Source: Takakia lepidozioides (lineage: Eukaryota; Plantae; Bryophyta). Taken from it: a DNA stretch of 64,000 nt. Location of the stretch: positions 3,782,001 through 3,846,000 of the forward strand of contig CM060732.1 in the NCBI GenBank assembly GCA_030704615.1, read 5' to 3'. The notes beneath the pieces were generated by a model that was given only the letters and a program-made list of their open reading frames with translations, made no database searches and had not been told where the DNA came from. A program made the position numbers and the translations under genes. Below are positions 13,561 through 26,557 of the stretch, piece after piece. The stretch's first letter is position 1. Each line of letters begins with the position of its first letter.

Positions 13561-14231
13561 GGCTATTGAGGGAGAGAGTGAAAGCAAGAGTGCAAGAGAC
13601 TTAAAACCGTCCACGAGGGGCCATGGGAAAAACAACAGCAGCCAGAAAGAGAAATGAAATGGTGCATTATAACGTCTGCGAAAGCTCAAAGAACCCTAAG
13701 AGAACAAGTAAGAAAGACGAGAAAAAATAAAAATAAAAATAAAAATGTATTGCATCTACTTTGGGCCCAAAGGGTCAGAGGGACACAAGCGGAAGGCAGA
13801 CCTTCTCCTGCTTTTAGAGGCCCCACAGGCCCATTGAAGAATGAATGAAGGAAAGAAACTTCAGAATGCCCAAAGGCAAGAAAGAAAGAAAATATAGTGA
13901 AAATTTTCTCACACATGAAAAATTGTGAAACTAATGCAAAATGTTGCTCACTTGAGCACAAGCCATCCACTAAATTAACTATCCACAAGCCATCCCTTAG
14001 GGGGCGCGTTCTCTAGTACATTACACATGGCGTAAAGAACTTTCACCTTTTTCCCTCAAAGGAAACCAGTGACTTAAACCTGTGAATCTACGCCCTGGCC
14101 TGGCGGGTAGATTACAGGAGTAACTCACTCGACAGCCTGGCGGGTAGATTATAGGATCGTGTAACTCACTGGCCAGCCTGGCGCGTACATTGCAGCATTC
14201 CCTGCGCGTTCCCTACGTGTTCTTCACGCAC

Positions 14232-14335
14232 GGTAAGCCTCCGAGTGGAGGGGATTACCTACACTCGCCCCGCCACTCGGCTACCGCCTCGTGGTGGGGC
14301 TCATTCCGGTAATCCCCTCCACTCGGAGGCTTACC
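14232..14335. repeat. perfect 28-bp inverted repeat / long hairpin
   Basis: ggtaagcctccgagtggaggggattacc (14232-14259) is the exact reverse complement of 14308-14335. Inner stem gccccgccac/gtggtggggc. Confidence 0.85.
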
Positions 14336-15099
14336 CTACACGTAAGTTGTTATAACATCAACGTTATATGACCATGGTAGATTATGGAGCATCTACGACA
14401 CGTGTCAACTACGAATAAGGACAGAATCAGCCTACAAAATCCTTAACATGCTGAAACGGGAAGGGACTGTATTTGACGTACCCTAGAATGATCCAGCTCG
14501 CTCGACCATTCCAGCACGTTAAGGATTTTGGGTTGTTATGTACCACGTGTCAGTGTTTGACCAAAATAGCAAAGCAAACCGACGCATTATGGACTCTAAT
14601 CTGCACTTACGGTGCAGTATGCCCAATATGTGCAGACCAGTGTTGGAGTGGTATTGTATTTGAACATACCAGGCTGGTACTTGTATAGAGGCATGCGTCT
14701 GATTGTAATACCAGGGAAGCACTAGTTTTGGCAAAAATCTGAGATTTGGATAACATGGTGGTATCAATAATGCAGTATTGATGTGGTATTTTAAGGGTAT
14801 CAATATCAAGCGTTTTGAACAGCCTATATCAGGGCATTTTCTGGTATCAAACAAACCCACTATATGTTCATATTAAAAAGCCCACTTCTCATACTACATG
14901 TACAATAAGCATGCTTCTCATTGAATTTATTCGTTAAAAGTATCCAACTTTTTATATTTCATCTTCATTTGTATCTAAAAGCTCAGATTCAAGATTGAAA
15001 GTTGCATCCATATTCTGTGTCGTACACCTAAACATTGTGCCACAACATACATCGTTGTCTAACTACACTTCTCTTTAAGGCAACAGCTCTCGTATCCGT

Positions 15100-16400
15100 A
15101 GAATCACACGTCTTGCTGTGATATCCAAGGTTGTAGGTGTTGTCTGCTGCAGATACACAATATAGTTCCCAGGGTTGAATCTCCGAACCCCCGGTCAATA
15201 CCATTATCCACGTATAATGGCATACCTCAATGTGTCTCGGTATTGGGCAATAACAAGCTGGTTCTCAAAAACCATATGCATGACTCTCTTGAACAATCAT
15301 GTCCGTTGGTCAGACGCTTGTGTCCACACATCCGGATCATCAAGGTTGAGGACTACTGCAGCCTCCATGCGAATAGATGCAGACAAATCTGACTCTCGGT
15401 GGAAAAGAAGAAAAAATATGAGAATGAGGCAAGTGACACTTGTTTTGCTGAATCTGTAGCCCGTAGCCAGCCAAAGCAGCTGAATGTCCCAATTTCTTAG
15501 GTGTCTTTTTTGTAAGCCATACTTGCGGAAATCCATTTTAACTAGCTGAATAACTCTCTCCGCCAAGCCATCAGCCTCGGGATGATCCCGAGAAGTAGTG
15601 TGGTGGTCTATCAAGGTTTGCTCATACACAACCTAAAACTCCCACAAGAACTTTTTCCCCTGATTGGAAGGTTGTAGCTTGGCTGGAGCACCAAATCGAC
15701 TAAGAACACGATCCAAAAAAACATATAACGCAACCCCTCACTAGCTTTGTCAGACAACACCACCAGTTCAATCTATTTGGAGAAGTGTTTCAACATCACC
15801 AGCACATACTTGTTGTGGCGAATCGTTAGTGGCAATGGGTCTGGGAAGTCAAGACTCCAACAATTATCCAAACCCATGATGGGTAAATGATGCAATTGTG
15901 GAGTAGATGCATTGAAAAAAACACGCATCATATCATACACCATGCACCTAGCCACTAATTGTTACACAACCGTGTGCATACTCGCCACCAATATTGCCCT
16001 TGCAGCAAACTTATATGAGTGCGCTACACCCCAAAATGCCCCAACTCCTCATGGCATACCAATCGCACTCGTTGTGTTGGATGAGGCACAAATCCTCACT
16101 AGTCCATCTTTCCACACTCGGTGTAGGTGTGTCCCTTCCCACTTGAACCTCTTGGTTCCAACATTCATCCACATGCGCACAATGTCTCTTCTACATAATT
16201 GCAAACTACTGCCTGGTTGTATGCATCCTTTCCCGCGGATACAAGTCTCCTGGGTTTTCTCATCCACGGTTGTAGGCCCGCGCGGTGAAACTCATCCTCA
16301 TCCGCCAGCATATTTTCGCTCACGGATGAGCATTTTCTCACTCACGAATCTTTCCGCTCACGGACTAGCATTCACCGAACCAAACCAACTCTAATACGTG
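15100..16400 (-). mobile_element. degraded Ty3/Gypsy integrase fragment
   Basis: WSLDFPDPLPLTIRHNKYVLVMLKHFSK and DHHTTSRDHPEADGLAERVIQLVK...WDIQLLWLATGYRFS (integrase core), in broken frames. Confidence 0.8.
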
Positions 16401-17419
16401 CACGTCTCACCCTTTCCCAAATATCTCAAACACCTGGAACCCACCTTGACCTTAATATTGCATGTTGAAAATACCTCCCCCACCGACATACCCCAGGGTG
16501 ATTGCAGCCTACAATGTTCATTTTTTGCTGTCACAACACTGTTTTTTCAGACATAGAATAGTGGTAAATTATCATATTCATACATGACAATGCTATCAAT
16601 AAAAAATAACTAAAATATAAAAGCTCGTCTACATATACTTTCACACTTTTAAATCTCATTAACAAAAACCAGAATCTGTAGATGCTATGGACTTTTAAAA
16701 AGTCCATAAGGAATTGTCACAATCCATAAAAAAAGACGTTATGGACTTTTTTACTATAGAAGTTAGAACAAAGTCAAGAATAGGAACTCCCTCAAACTTG
16801 CTTTGAAGAATGAGGAATCTGGAATGAAACTATCATTCAAAAATATGAAGTTAAAAAAAAATTATGTACTATTTTGAGCCTCAAAAATAGAAATTTTCAT
16901 AAAATCCTTTATGAATAAATTCTTTTGAAATAACAATTTTTTTTTCATTAGACACATTCATTCACCATAAATGCACAATTGAGTAGGATCAAATTCCATA
17001 AAAATATTTGTGAATTGAACTATTGCAATTTGAAAATCTTGGTTTTAACAGTCAATAATAGACAATCAAGATTGTCAGTTGAAGCAAATCCGATGGTTGA
17101 GGATTTGCCACATCCTCCTTTATGTACTCATGATTTGCCACTTTTGGTCCACTCTAGCTTGCAATCACGTCCCATAACTTCCCCGCCTCGCTTAACCGCC
17201 TATTAACAAAATACACAGGGCATGAAAGTTACTACCTATATGTACCTACCCCCCTGCCTTACTGCTCCTGGCTTAATCCCCAGGATAAGCCCATGCTAAG
17301 CCTGGATAAAGGCACTACCATGTCCTCCAACCCCCAACTTACCATTAGCTCTCGATGCCCCCCCGTTATGCCAACAACGTATGCCCCTCAAATACCCTCC
17401 AGCCAACTCCCACTATACC

Positions 17420-18147
17420 GATGGTTCCCTTTTGGGAATCAAGAAATAGCCAAGGCGGGAGAGCGGGGCAAGGCGAAGTACTACGCCAAAACTCCCGAAA
17501 GTGAACTGAGAAGGCAATGAACTTCACCATGGGAGAATTCCGTAATAAGGTGGTCACGACGTTCACCAAACAGCTTCGCATAGCTAATCCTGGTCTTGGT
17601 GCAGGATTTTTGGATCAGGTTCGGATCCATTGGAGCAAGACCACTAAGCCAGAGATGACTCAGGAGAAGCTGCACAGGCTTGCAATGGCGATGGTGGAAC
17701 CTGTAGTAAAGGTGCGGTGGCTTGAGATGTGGAACTCTGACCCAAGGCAAACAATTTTCCATTCAGGGAGAAGAACAACAACACCAGAGTTGTGACCCCT
17801 TTCAGTGACCAAGTTTGGGACTTGTGGCTCCACAAAGCCACATTTTGGGCACATGTGCGTCTGCCTTCCTACGTATGTCCCCTTCCCCTCTACATATTCT
17901 AACACACTATTGTATCGTGGCAGCTAGAGGAAAGGGATCTGGAGCTTTTGGAGAAATCTCATACTGACTTCAAGATCGTGGTCGCTAAGCCCGACGAGTC
18001 TCTTGAGACTTGGATTCGCAGGTGGAAATGGATTGTATGGATGCATGCGTTCTTCCGGGAGTTTGCGATGGATGGGGGCATACTGCGCTCCAACTTGTTC
18101 GATGCGCAACACAATGGGGAGCAGACGATGAAGCGAGTCATTTACAG
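17420..18147 (+). pseudogene. unknown spliced gene remnant, probably transposon-borne
   Basis: Protein-like segments MGEFRNKVVTTFTKQLRI... and an exon cag|LEERDLELLEKSHTDFKIVVAKPDESLETWIRRWKWIVW...VIYR|gt. Followed by the same 24-bp palindromes found in the MTase gene introns. Confidence 0.4.
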
Positions 18148-19231
18148 GTTTGTCTGCCACTGTATTTATTTGCAGGATACTGTTGTTTCTTGAAACATAT
18201 GCTGCCTCTTTTCAGGCTTGCGTTAATGCAAGCCTGCTGTCCCTGCTGCAGCAGACTTGCCTTTATTTTCCCTGGGTTTTCCTAAATGCACATTTTGTGG
18301 GGACTGGGTTGGTCTGGGGCCTGGGATCAGACTTGCGTTGACGCAAGCATGAATACAGAGGGCTCAAAATTGACCCGTTTGCCTGTTTCAGAGGTTTCTT
18401 TGACTCCTCAATTTGAAGTAGAGGGGAGTACATGCAGGACTGGCATCAATTCGAAGCAAAGGGGCATCATGCTTGCAATAACGCAAGGATGAATGCGTAG
18501 TGCTAGCATTGAGGGTTAGCCATTTCTTGATATCGATCATGTGCACAAACTGGATATCCTGCTCGTCCAAGGCCTACCCGTAAGCGCCCCACCTCCAAAT
18601 GCCCCAACCCCAAACCTCACCATACACTTTATCAAGTTCACATATTGTCACGATCGATACACCCCAGCTCCTCCATTTTTACAAACGACAAAGAGATAAT
18701 GGCTACAGGAGACCAAGAGATAATACAGCCCCCCCCCTGCTCATCTTAGCTATCCGCCAAAGAGGATGGTCCACTGGCCCATTAACTATCATCACCGCCG
18801 GAACCAAATGAGGCATTCACAACGCTAGTATCTCAGCACTTTACACAAACTTTCACATTCCCATCTCCCCTATCCACAAATGCTTTAAAGCTATCCACCT
18901 CATGGTGCTTCGCTCTCATAGGACCTTCCAGAATCTTCTAGAACATTCCATGACCTTCCAGAACAGTCTAGAACATTCCATAACCATCCAGAACTTTCCA
19001 AAATATTCCAAAATATTCCACGAACGTTCCAGAACCTTCTAGAAATCCAGACACTCTCGAAGGCGACATAGCGGTGATGAAGCTTCTAAGAAACGTCCCT
19101 TAGCTGGAGAAGCTTATCAAGAAACAACCTTCGGTTGGAGGAACTCCCTAAGAAAGTTCCTAGGTAGTAGTATATATAGGAGGCAAGACTGGGAACACCT
19201 CAGTCTTGCCAACACAAGTCTTTAAGTAAAA

Positions 19232-19958
19232 TGTCGCGCACCTCACTTCGGTAAGCTCCCCTTCAAGTCATAGTTACTCGCTTTGATGCGCGCGCCTAAC
19301 TCCCAACCTGGCCGCCGGGCCAACTTGGAGCTTCGGCTGCTCCCCGGGACATAACGGTCCCCCTTTACTCTTCCACCAGACCCTCCACCAATTTGGACCT
19401 AGTGGAAATTCCCTTTGGTAGATGGCAGTCCGGAATAGCTCTCCACTCCTTGGTCGCTTTCCGGCTCGCTCGCTTACTCACTAGTTTTTGGTCACCAACG
19501 GGCTTGCACCGTTCTCGGGGTTACTACTCCCTATATATACTTCTGTGACTGTCCGCGGGGGTTTCACAAACAACCATGTCATTTTATGGCAAACCACCAC
19601 GAAGACTCTCGATTCCCGGTGATGAGTCGCGGTGAGTCTTGGCCCACCCACCACGGCCCCATTGGACCGTGGTGAGTCCCAAGACTCCCCACGACTCCCA
19701 CCACAAGGTCTCCGCCCCATGGTGAGTCCTATGCCACCCCCACTAAGTCCCACTAAGCTACCTCCACCCCTTGTGGAGCCACCCCAACCGCAACCCGGTG
19801 TGCGGGGCTCCACCTAGTGAGCGCCTCCACCTCCTTGAGTGCCTTGGGCACTCAAGGGTGCTTCAGCCCCCTGTACCTATTGCTGCCACTGCCCCCACCA
19901 CAGGGGCAGCCCCTCCTGCGTCCCGACCCCCCTGCCCTCAAGGCAAAGGGCCGCGACA
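19232..19958 (-). repeat. 3' LTR of chromovirus
   Basis: tgtcgcgc...ccgcgaca; matches 25373-26089. Confidence 0.93.
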
Positions 19959-20863
19959 CACACCCCTACCAACAGGGAGTCGATGTCCTCATCGACTTGT
20001 CCATTTTGTAGAAACGAACATCCAAGTTGTGGCGTCCCACATCAAGGAGTTTGTTTCCGTACCATGGCGTCCCATGACAAAGAACCAAACCCCACACTTG
20101 ACTCTACTCTCCACTAGCTAGTTCGGCCAACTTCCTCCAAGTCCCGGCCAAGGGTGGAGCCTCTCAAGCTCCTCCCAGTGCACTCTTTTTGGCCTACTTC
20201 AAGGCCAAGGAACGATCCTCCCCGAGGATCGAATCGCCTTACTGCAACAACATTGCTTGCGACCGCTCATGATGCCACTTTTGGCATCACCTTGAGCAAG
20301 GGTTCACCTTGAACCCTTTTTGACTAGGAAGATAACCTTGGACTAACCATGCGCCCCAATCACTACAATTGGGTCCACCTTGGAATGTTGGCCTGTGGTA
20401 CGGGAACACGCCGAAGCCGCACTACGACTTCGTCCCGAGGCTACACGATTATAGTACGTGAACGGAAGCACGTAGCTTCCACGTTAGCCCGCACTACCAG
20501 GCAACCCCCTCGGTAGCGCAGTTATAGTATGCGCACGCGCCAGGTGCGCACTAGCACGTGAACTCCCAAGGAAGGCGCAAGTTTCCTTGCCCCTTGGATG
20601 GGAGTCACCCGATTTTGGCACTACGCAAACACACGATTAATCCAATTTACCTCTCCCACTTTTGTAAGCTAACATGCATTCTACACACTAGCCCACCATA
20701 CCATGCATCACCATTCCAAACAAAATAAGACGCACAACATTTGGAAACCATTTCATTTATAACAAAATTTGTACAATACAAGTTTTTGCAATCGGATTCC
20801 TGAGTTAGCTAAGCCGGGCTAAGCATGCATTTCCTCCCCCACGATCCAAGGTTGATGTCCCCA

Positions 20864-23800
20864 TCAACGTTTATTCCGCTTTTGAGGTCGCCCTTCGAAA
20901 GCTGCAACCGCCTCAGATGCGTTTCCCATTTCTGAGGCACGCACCCAAGATGCCTCCACATGATGATAGCCCTTCCATTTCACGAGATACTCCGTTTCTT
21001 GATTCTTGAACCTCCTCGACTTAAGCACTGTCTCCACCTCATATTCACGTTCATTTTCATGATCCAACAGCACAGGTGGCGGACGCAACACTTGATACCG
21101 ATTCCGACGCGCTTCATCTTTTAAGTAAGGCTTCAAAAAGGAGACGTGGAATACCGGATGCACCTTGCTGTTTGCCGGCAGCTCCAATTCATACACATCC
21201 TCATTCATAACTTTCCGGATGCGAAAGGATCCCGCATACGGAGGTACGAACTTCGGACTCACTTCCGGAGGTAGTCGGAAATTCTTGATGTTCAACCAGA
21301 CCTCCGTGCCTGCCTCAAACTTAACTTCCCTCCGCTTCTGATTCGTCTGCCGTTCATACCGTTTCCTAGCTTTGGCAATGTTGTACTTTGCGAGCTTCAA
21401 CAAACGCTCGCATTCTTCCAGCACCGCTGCTGCTGCCGGTTCCTCAACGTCTTGGGCGGCCCAACTTGTCGGCACCAGAGGTGCTTTTCCATAGACCAAT
21501 ACGAAAGGATAAACTCCCGTTGCCGAGTGTTTTGTGTTATTATAACAGAACTCTGCCACATCCAAGTGCTCCACCCAGTCCGATTGGTCTGCCGACACGT
21601 AATTCCGCAACATCTGTTTCACCACGGAATTCACCCTTTCTGTTTGGCCATCCGTCGTAGGTCGGAAGGCGGTGCTCATCTTGAGCCTTGTCCCCATCTT
21701 CTTCCAAAGTGCCCTCCAAAATTTACTCGTAAACTTTGGATCGCGGTCCGAGACAATATCCTTCGGGAGTCCATGATGCTTGAAGACGTGGGCGAAGTAA
21801 AGTCGCCCCGTCTCCTGCGCCGTTGCCGTCTCCTTGGTGGAGATGAAATGGCCCATTTTACTGAACCTATCCACCACCACCATGATCGCATCGAATCCTT
21901 TTGACAGCGGCATAGCAGTCATGAAATCCATCGAGACACTTTCCCAAGACCCCTCTGGAATCGGCAAGGGTTGTAACAGCCCCGCTTGCTTTTTGTACTC
22001 GCTCCGGTTTTGTTGGCATGTGGTGCATGTCTTGACATACTCCTCGGCCTCCTCCCTCAGTTTGGGCCAGAAATACTCTTTCTTCAAGAGTGTCGCGGTG
22101 TGCTTGGCTCTGCCGTGGCCCGCAAACGAGCCATCTTGACATTATCTCAAGAGACTATCTCTGATCCCTCCCTTCGGCACGTAGAGACGCTTTTGCTTAT
22201 ACCGGAGCAGTCCATTTTGTAAGTGGAACTGCGATTTAACCCCCATCCTCAAGTCCCGCATCACGGACTTCGCCATCTCATCCTTCCGGTAAGCCTTCCG
22301 GATCTTCCTTTGGAGCGACGTCTCGCCCTTGTACACCAACATGAGCTGCTGCTTTCTATTTAAAGCATTGGCCACCACATTGTCCCGTCCCGGTTTGTAC
22401 TGGATATCCACGTCAAACACCGCCAAAGTATCTTGCCACCTAGTTGTTTTGGGGACAACTTAGGCTGCGTGGGAAAATACTTCACGGTGACATTGTTCGT
22501 GAACACCTTCACCGGGTTGGAACCAACATAGTGGCGCCAAAGCTCAAAGCAATGCACCACCGCCTTCATTTCCTTCTCATGCGTAGGCCACCGTCGCTCC
22601 ACTTCATTCAGTTTCTTACTTTTGTAAGCCACTGGACGTCCATCCTGCATGAGTACACCCCCTATTGCGAAGTCCGACGCATCCGTATGAATCTCAAATG
22701 GATGGTCGAACTCCGAGATTTTGAGGACTGGAGCTTCCGCCATCCGCTGCTTCAACTCGGCAAAAGCTTGGCCATAAAAGGTGTTCCATACCCAGACTTT
22801 GGATTTACACAGAAGATCTGACAGCTGCCCCGCGATCTTAGCGAAATTTCTCACATATTTCCGGTAATAGGCGAGTCCTAGGAAGGATCGCACTCCCGGG
22901 ACCGAAGTCGGAGGCTCCCAGTCCAAGATCGCTCTCACCTTCCTGTCATCCATTTTGACCCCATCTTGTGTAATCACATGCCCCAGGAACTCCACTTTTG
23001 TGACCCCGAATTCGTACTTTGAAGCTTTGGCATACAGCTTCCTTTCTCACCCTTTTTAGGTGCTCCAGGTGCTCTTCCTTTGTTTTTGAGTACACCAGTA
23101 TGTCGTCGATGTATACGATCACAAAGTCATCCAACCACTCCTGGAAAAGGTTGTTCATTGGCGTGCTAAAGGTCGCGGGTGCGTTGGTAAGCCCAAAAGG
23201 CATCACCAAGAACTCATACGAACCATATCTTGTCCTGCACGCGGTCTTCTCCTCATCTCCTTCTGCCACTCGGATCTGATGATACCCGGAGCGCAAATCG
23301 ATCCGGCTGAAATACTTTGCTTCTGCCAACCAATCGAAGAGGTTGTCGATCCTTGGCAAAAGGTACCGGTTCTTGATAGTCATCTTATTCAGGGCCCTGT
23401 AATCGACACACATCCGCAGCGTCCCATCCTTCTTGTCTGCGAATAGCACCGGGGCTCCGTAAGATGACTTACTCGGCCGGATGTACCCCTTTGACATTAG
23501 ATCCTTGAGCTGAGTCTTCAGCTCGACCAACTCTCTGTGGCTCAACCGGTAGGGCGCCTTGGCAGGCGGTTCCGACCCCGGTATCACCTCAATCTTGTGG
23601 TCAACTCCCCTTCGCGGTGGCAAGCCGCTTGGTAAATCCTCCGGCATCACATCCTAGTATTTCTCCAAGATCCCCTTGATCCAATTTGGGCTCGGCTCCC
23701 CATCGCCTTCTCCTTTCACTTGTCTTACGTAAAGCAAAAACTGGGGCTCGTGTGGCTCCTCCACGGCCCACTCCCTTGCTGACAGAAGGTTTATTCGCCC

Positions 23801-24150
23801 TCCCACGGGTTTGGGCGTTTTCGACACTCGTAAAACTTCGCCACCATTCCCACACGGCAGCGTCACTACTCTCTTGTGGCCATCTATGACCGCTCCGGAT
23901 TTGCTCAAAAAGGTCATCCCCAAAATGAGATCCACTCCATCGATCTCGCAAATGGTGAAGTTCTCACGTCCCTCCCAACTCCCCAATTGAAGAGAACATC
24001 GAACGCCAACCTCGTCGCCAATTGTGGTTCTCTTTTGGCAGAACGCACTTCAATAGAGGCCCCCACGTCACTTGTCGGGAGCCCCAGCTTTCATGCCGTT
24101 GCCGGTGTCATGAAGGAGTGCGACGCTCTATGTCCACCAACAACGACACG
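20864..24150 (-). pseudogene. chromovirus pol (PR, RT, RNase H, integrase, chromodomain), frameshifted
   Basis: [11 protein letters not shown] and [12 protein letters not shown]; RH HTDASDFAIG; INT SMDFM, SDRDPKF, DGQTER; chromodomain YEVETVL...YLVKWKGY...SW. Confidence 0.93.
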
Positions 24151-25320
24151 TTAGTTCCGGAAATTATCCCATCCACGAACAATAATTGACTCACTTTACG
24201 CAAGGCACCAGTTTCCTGATACAACTCACAATAGTAGTTGCCTACCTTGCAAGTCTTGGCAACCACCGCTTCCACCAAGCGGCTGATGGACTCTTCCAAC
24301 AGCTCTGTGGTCGCCCGAGTCATGTTCAATTGTCGGGGCTTTGCGCACTTTTTAGCCATGTGCCCGGGCTCCCTGCAATTAAAGCACACTCCATCGAAGG
24401 TCGCCTTTTGTCCGCCATAAGGCGTCACACCTGATTTACCTTTCGGAGCATCGGGTGTCGTCTTGGCGTGTGAAGGCCCTCCCTTCGATTTCCACATGCC
24501 ATTGTCGCCGCGTGGCCAATCCCACTTCTTTTCTGGTTGAAAAGAGTCACCCTCCCGCCGGGTCTTTTTGTGGTTCAGCTCCATACGGCCTTGTCTTTCG
24601 CCCTTAGGGACATCCGAGAAGCATTCAACCCTCTCAATTGCCTCGTTCAAAGTCTTAGGTGGCTTTTCCTCCAACTTCTGTCTGGCCCACGGGGCCAGTC
24701 CCGCCACAAAGTTGAAGACCATTTCTGGTTCTGCCATGTCCACGACTTCGAGCAACAGCACATTGAAAGCCTAAACATATCCCCGAATGTCATCTGTTTG
24801 TTTCAAATTCCTCATCTTGTCCCGGACGAGCCAGGACGCATTGAGGCGCACAAACTGTCTCTTCATCAGTTCCTTGAACCCACTCCAGTTCAAGGTTTCC
24901 GGGTTTGGACCTCGGTCGAGAAGGCGTTTCCACCATTGTTGAGCATAGCCCCTCAAATAGGTAGGAGCCACTTCCACCCGATCCTCGTCACTCAACTTGG
25001 CCGCCCGGAAGTACTGCTCTAGCTCCAAGAGCCAGGTGTTGAGTGCCTTCCGATTTCGGACGCCCTCGTAGGTGCCGGGTTCCTTAGGCTTCACCTTAAA
25101 CTTTGCCAAACTGCGCCAACAACCCTTCTCAAAAGGCTGCTGGCATGGGAGGCATCTGTTGGTCTGTCGGAGCTCTCAGGGATTCCTCGGGCTCCAACTC
25201 CTCAATTTCCTCCCGTTCTTCAAATGGCCGCTTCGGTGACACGTCGCCCCCATCGGGCTCACCAGGATAATCATCTTTCGGGCTGTTCTGCTTTTGCTTT
25301 GGCTTGCCCGACCCCATGAT
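24151..25320 (-). pseudogene. chromovirus gag, disrupted
   Basis: EPGTYEGVRNRKALNTWLLELEQYF; zinc knuckle CFNCREPGHMAKKC; in-frame stop at about 24771. Confidence 0.88.
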
Positions 25321-25372
25321 GAGGCCGAACCTAAGGACGATCGCGTACTAAACTCTAAGCTCTGATACCAAG

Positions 25373-26089
25373 TGTCGCGCACCTCACTTCGGTAAGCTCC
25401 CCTTCAAGTCATAGTTACTCGCTTTGATGCGCGTGCCTAACTCCCAACCTGGCCGCCGGGCCAACTTGGAGTTTCGGCTACTCACCGGGACATAACGGTC
25501 CCCCTTTACTCTTCCACCAGACCCTCCACCAATTTGGACCTAGTGGAAATTCCCTTTGGTAGATGGCAGTCCGGAATAGCTCCCCACTCCTTGGTCGTTT
25601 TCCGGCTCGCTCGCTTACTCACTAGTTTTTAATCACCAACGGGCTTGCACCGTTCTCGGGGTTACTACTCCCTATATATACTTCTGTGACTGTCCGCGAG
25701 GGTTTCACAAACAATTTTATGGCGAACCACCACGAAGACCCTCGATTCCCGGTGATGAGTCGCGGTGAGTCTTGGCCCACCCACCACGGCCCCATTGGAC
25801 CGTGGTGAGTCCCAAGACTCCCCACGACTCCCACCACAAGGTCTCCGCCCCATGGTGAGTCCTATGCCACCCCCACTAAGTCCCACTAAGCTACCTCCAC
25901 CCCTTGTGGAGCCACCCCCACCGCAACCCGGTGTGCGGGGCTCCACCTAGTGAGCGCCTCCGCCTCCTTGAGTGCCTTGGGCACTCAAGGGTGCTTCAGC
26001 CCCCCGTACTATTGCTGCCACTGCCCCCACCACAGGGGCAGCCCCTCCTGCGTCCGACCCCCCTGCCCTCAAGGCAAAGGGCCGCGACA
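25373..26089 (-). repeat. 5' LTR of chromovirus
   Basis: Matches 19232-19958; PBS immediately internal. Confidence 0.93.
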
Positions 26090-26557
26090 TAAAATTAGAC
26101 TCTACGCTCGGCCTTGGTCATGTACTATTGTATTACATAAAGTTCATATTTGATTCTTGCTCATGCATCGTGTTTTGCTCGGACCACATCGGTCTCATTT
26201 TCCAGTCTAGTCTTGTTCGTTGTATTCGAGTCGGTTATTCCATTGTCTTTGACACCTGCAAATGATGGATGAATGTTTGATGCAATTTCGATGAACTCTG
26301 GATGAACTCTGGAAGAATGTATGATTAACACTGGCCAACCGATGGATGGACAAGCGAGAAATGGATGAATGCATGGATGAACAATTGACAAGAGGATGGA
26401 TGACGAGTGGTTGTATTGTGGACGCCTCAATTATAGATGAATGGAGAAACGTAGATGAAGGAAGTTATGAAGAGAAGAACAGGTACAGAAGCACACACCG
26501 GATTTAAATCAAACAACTTGTTATCGGTTTATTGATAGATAGTTTGAAAGAAATGGA

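Larger units (their letters stand above)
19232..26089 (-). mobile_element. full-length Ty3/Gypsy chromovirus (Galadriel-like), decayed ORFs
   Basis: Two highly similar TG...CA LTRs, TSD TAAAA, PBS TGGTATCAGAGC (tRNA-iMet, 25359-25370), PPT next to 19959, order gag-PR-RT-RH-INT-chromodomain. Lineage name is a tentative recognition. Confidence 0.95.
18563..26254. mobile_element. probable solo LTR (about 0.83 kb net), split by the chromovirus
   Basis: CCTGC on both sides (18558-62, 26255-59); right end ...CTTTGACA; left end imperfect (TCGTCCAAG); (ttccagaa/ttctagaa) repeats at 18925-19050 and TATATATA at about 19170. Confidence 0.5.

Noticed and set aside
16500-17290. Left TIR of the large MTase-bearing element
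   Set aside because: No inverted match to 47500-48200 and no TSD found by eye.
19481-20121. Short Pro/Gly-rich ORFs in the chromovirus LTRs (also 25622-26265)
   Set aside because: GC-rich LTR sequence duplicated by LTR identity; no domain signal.
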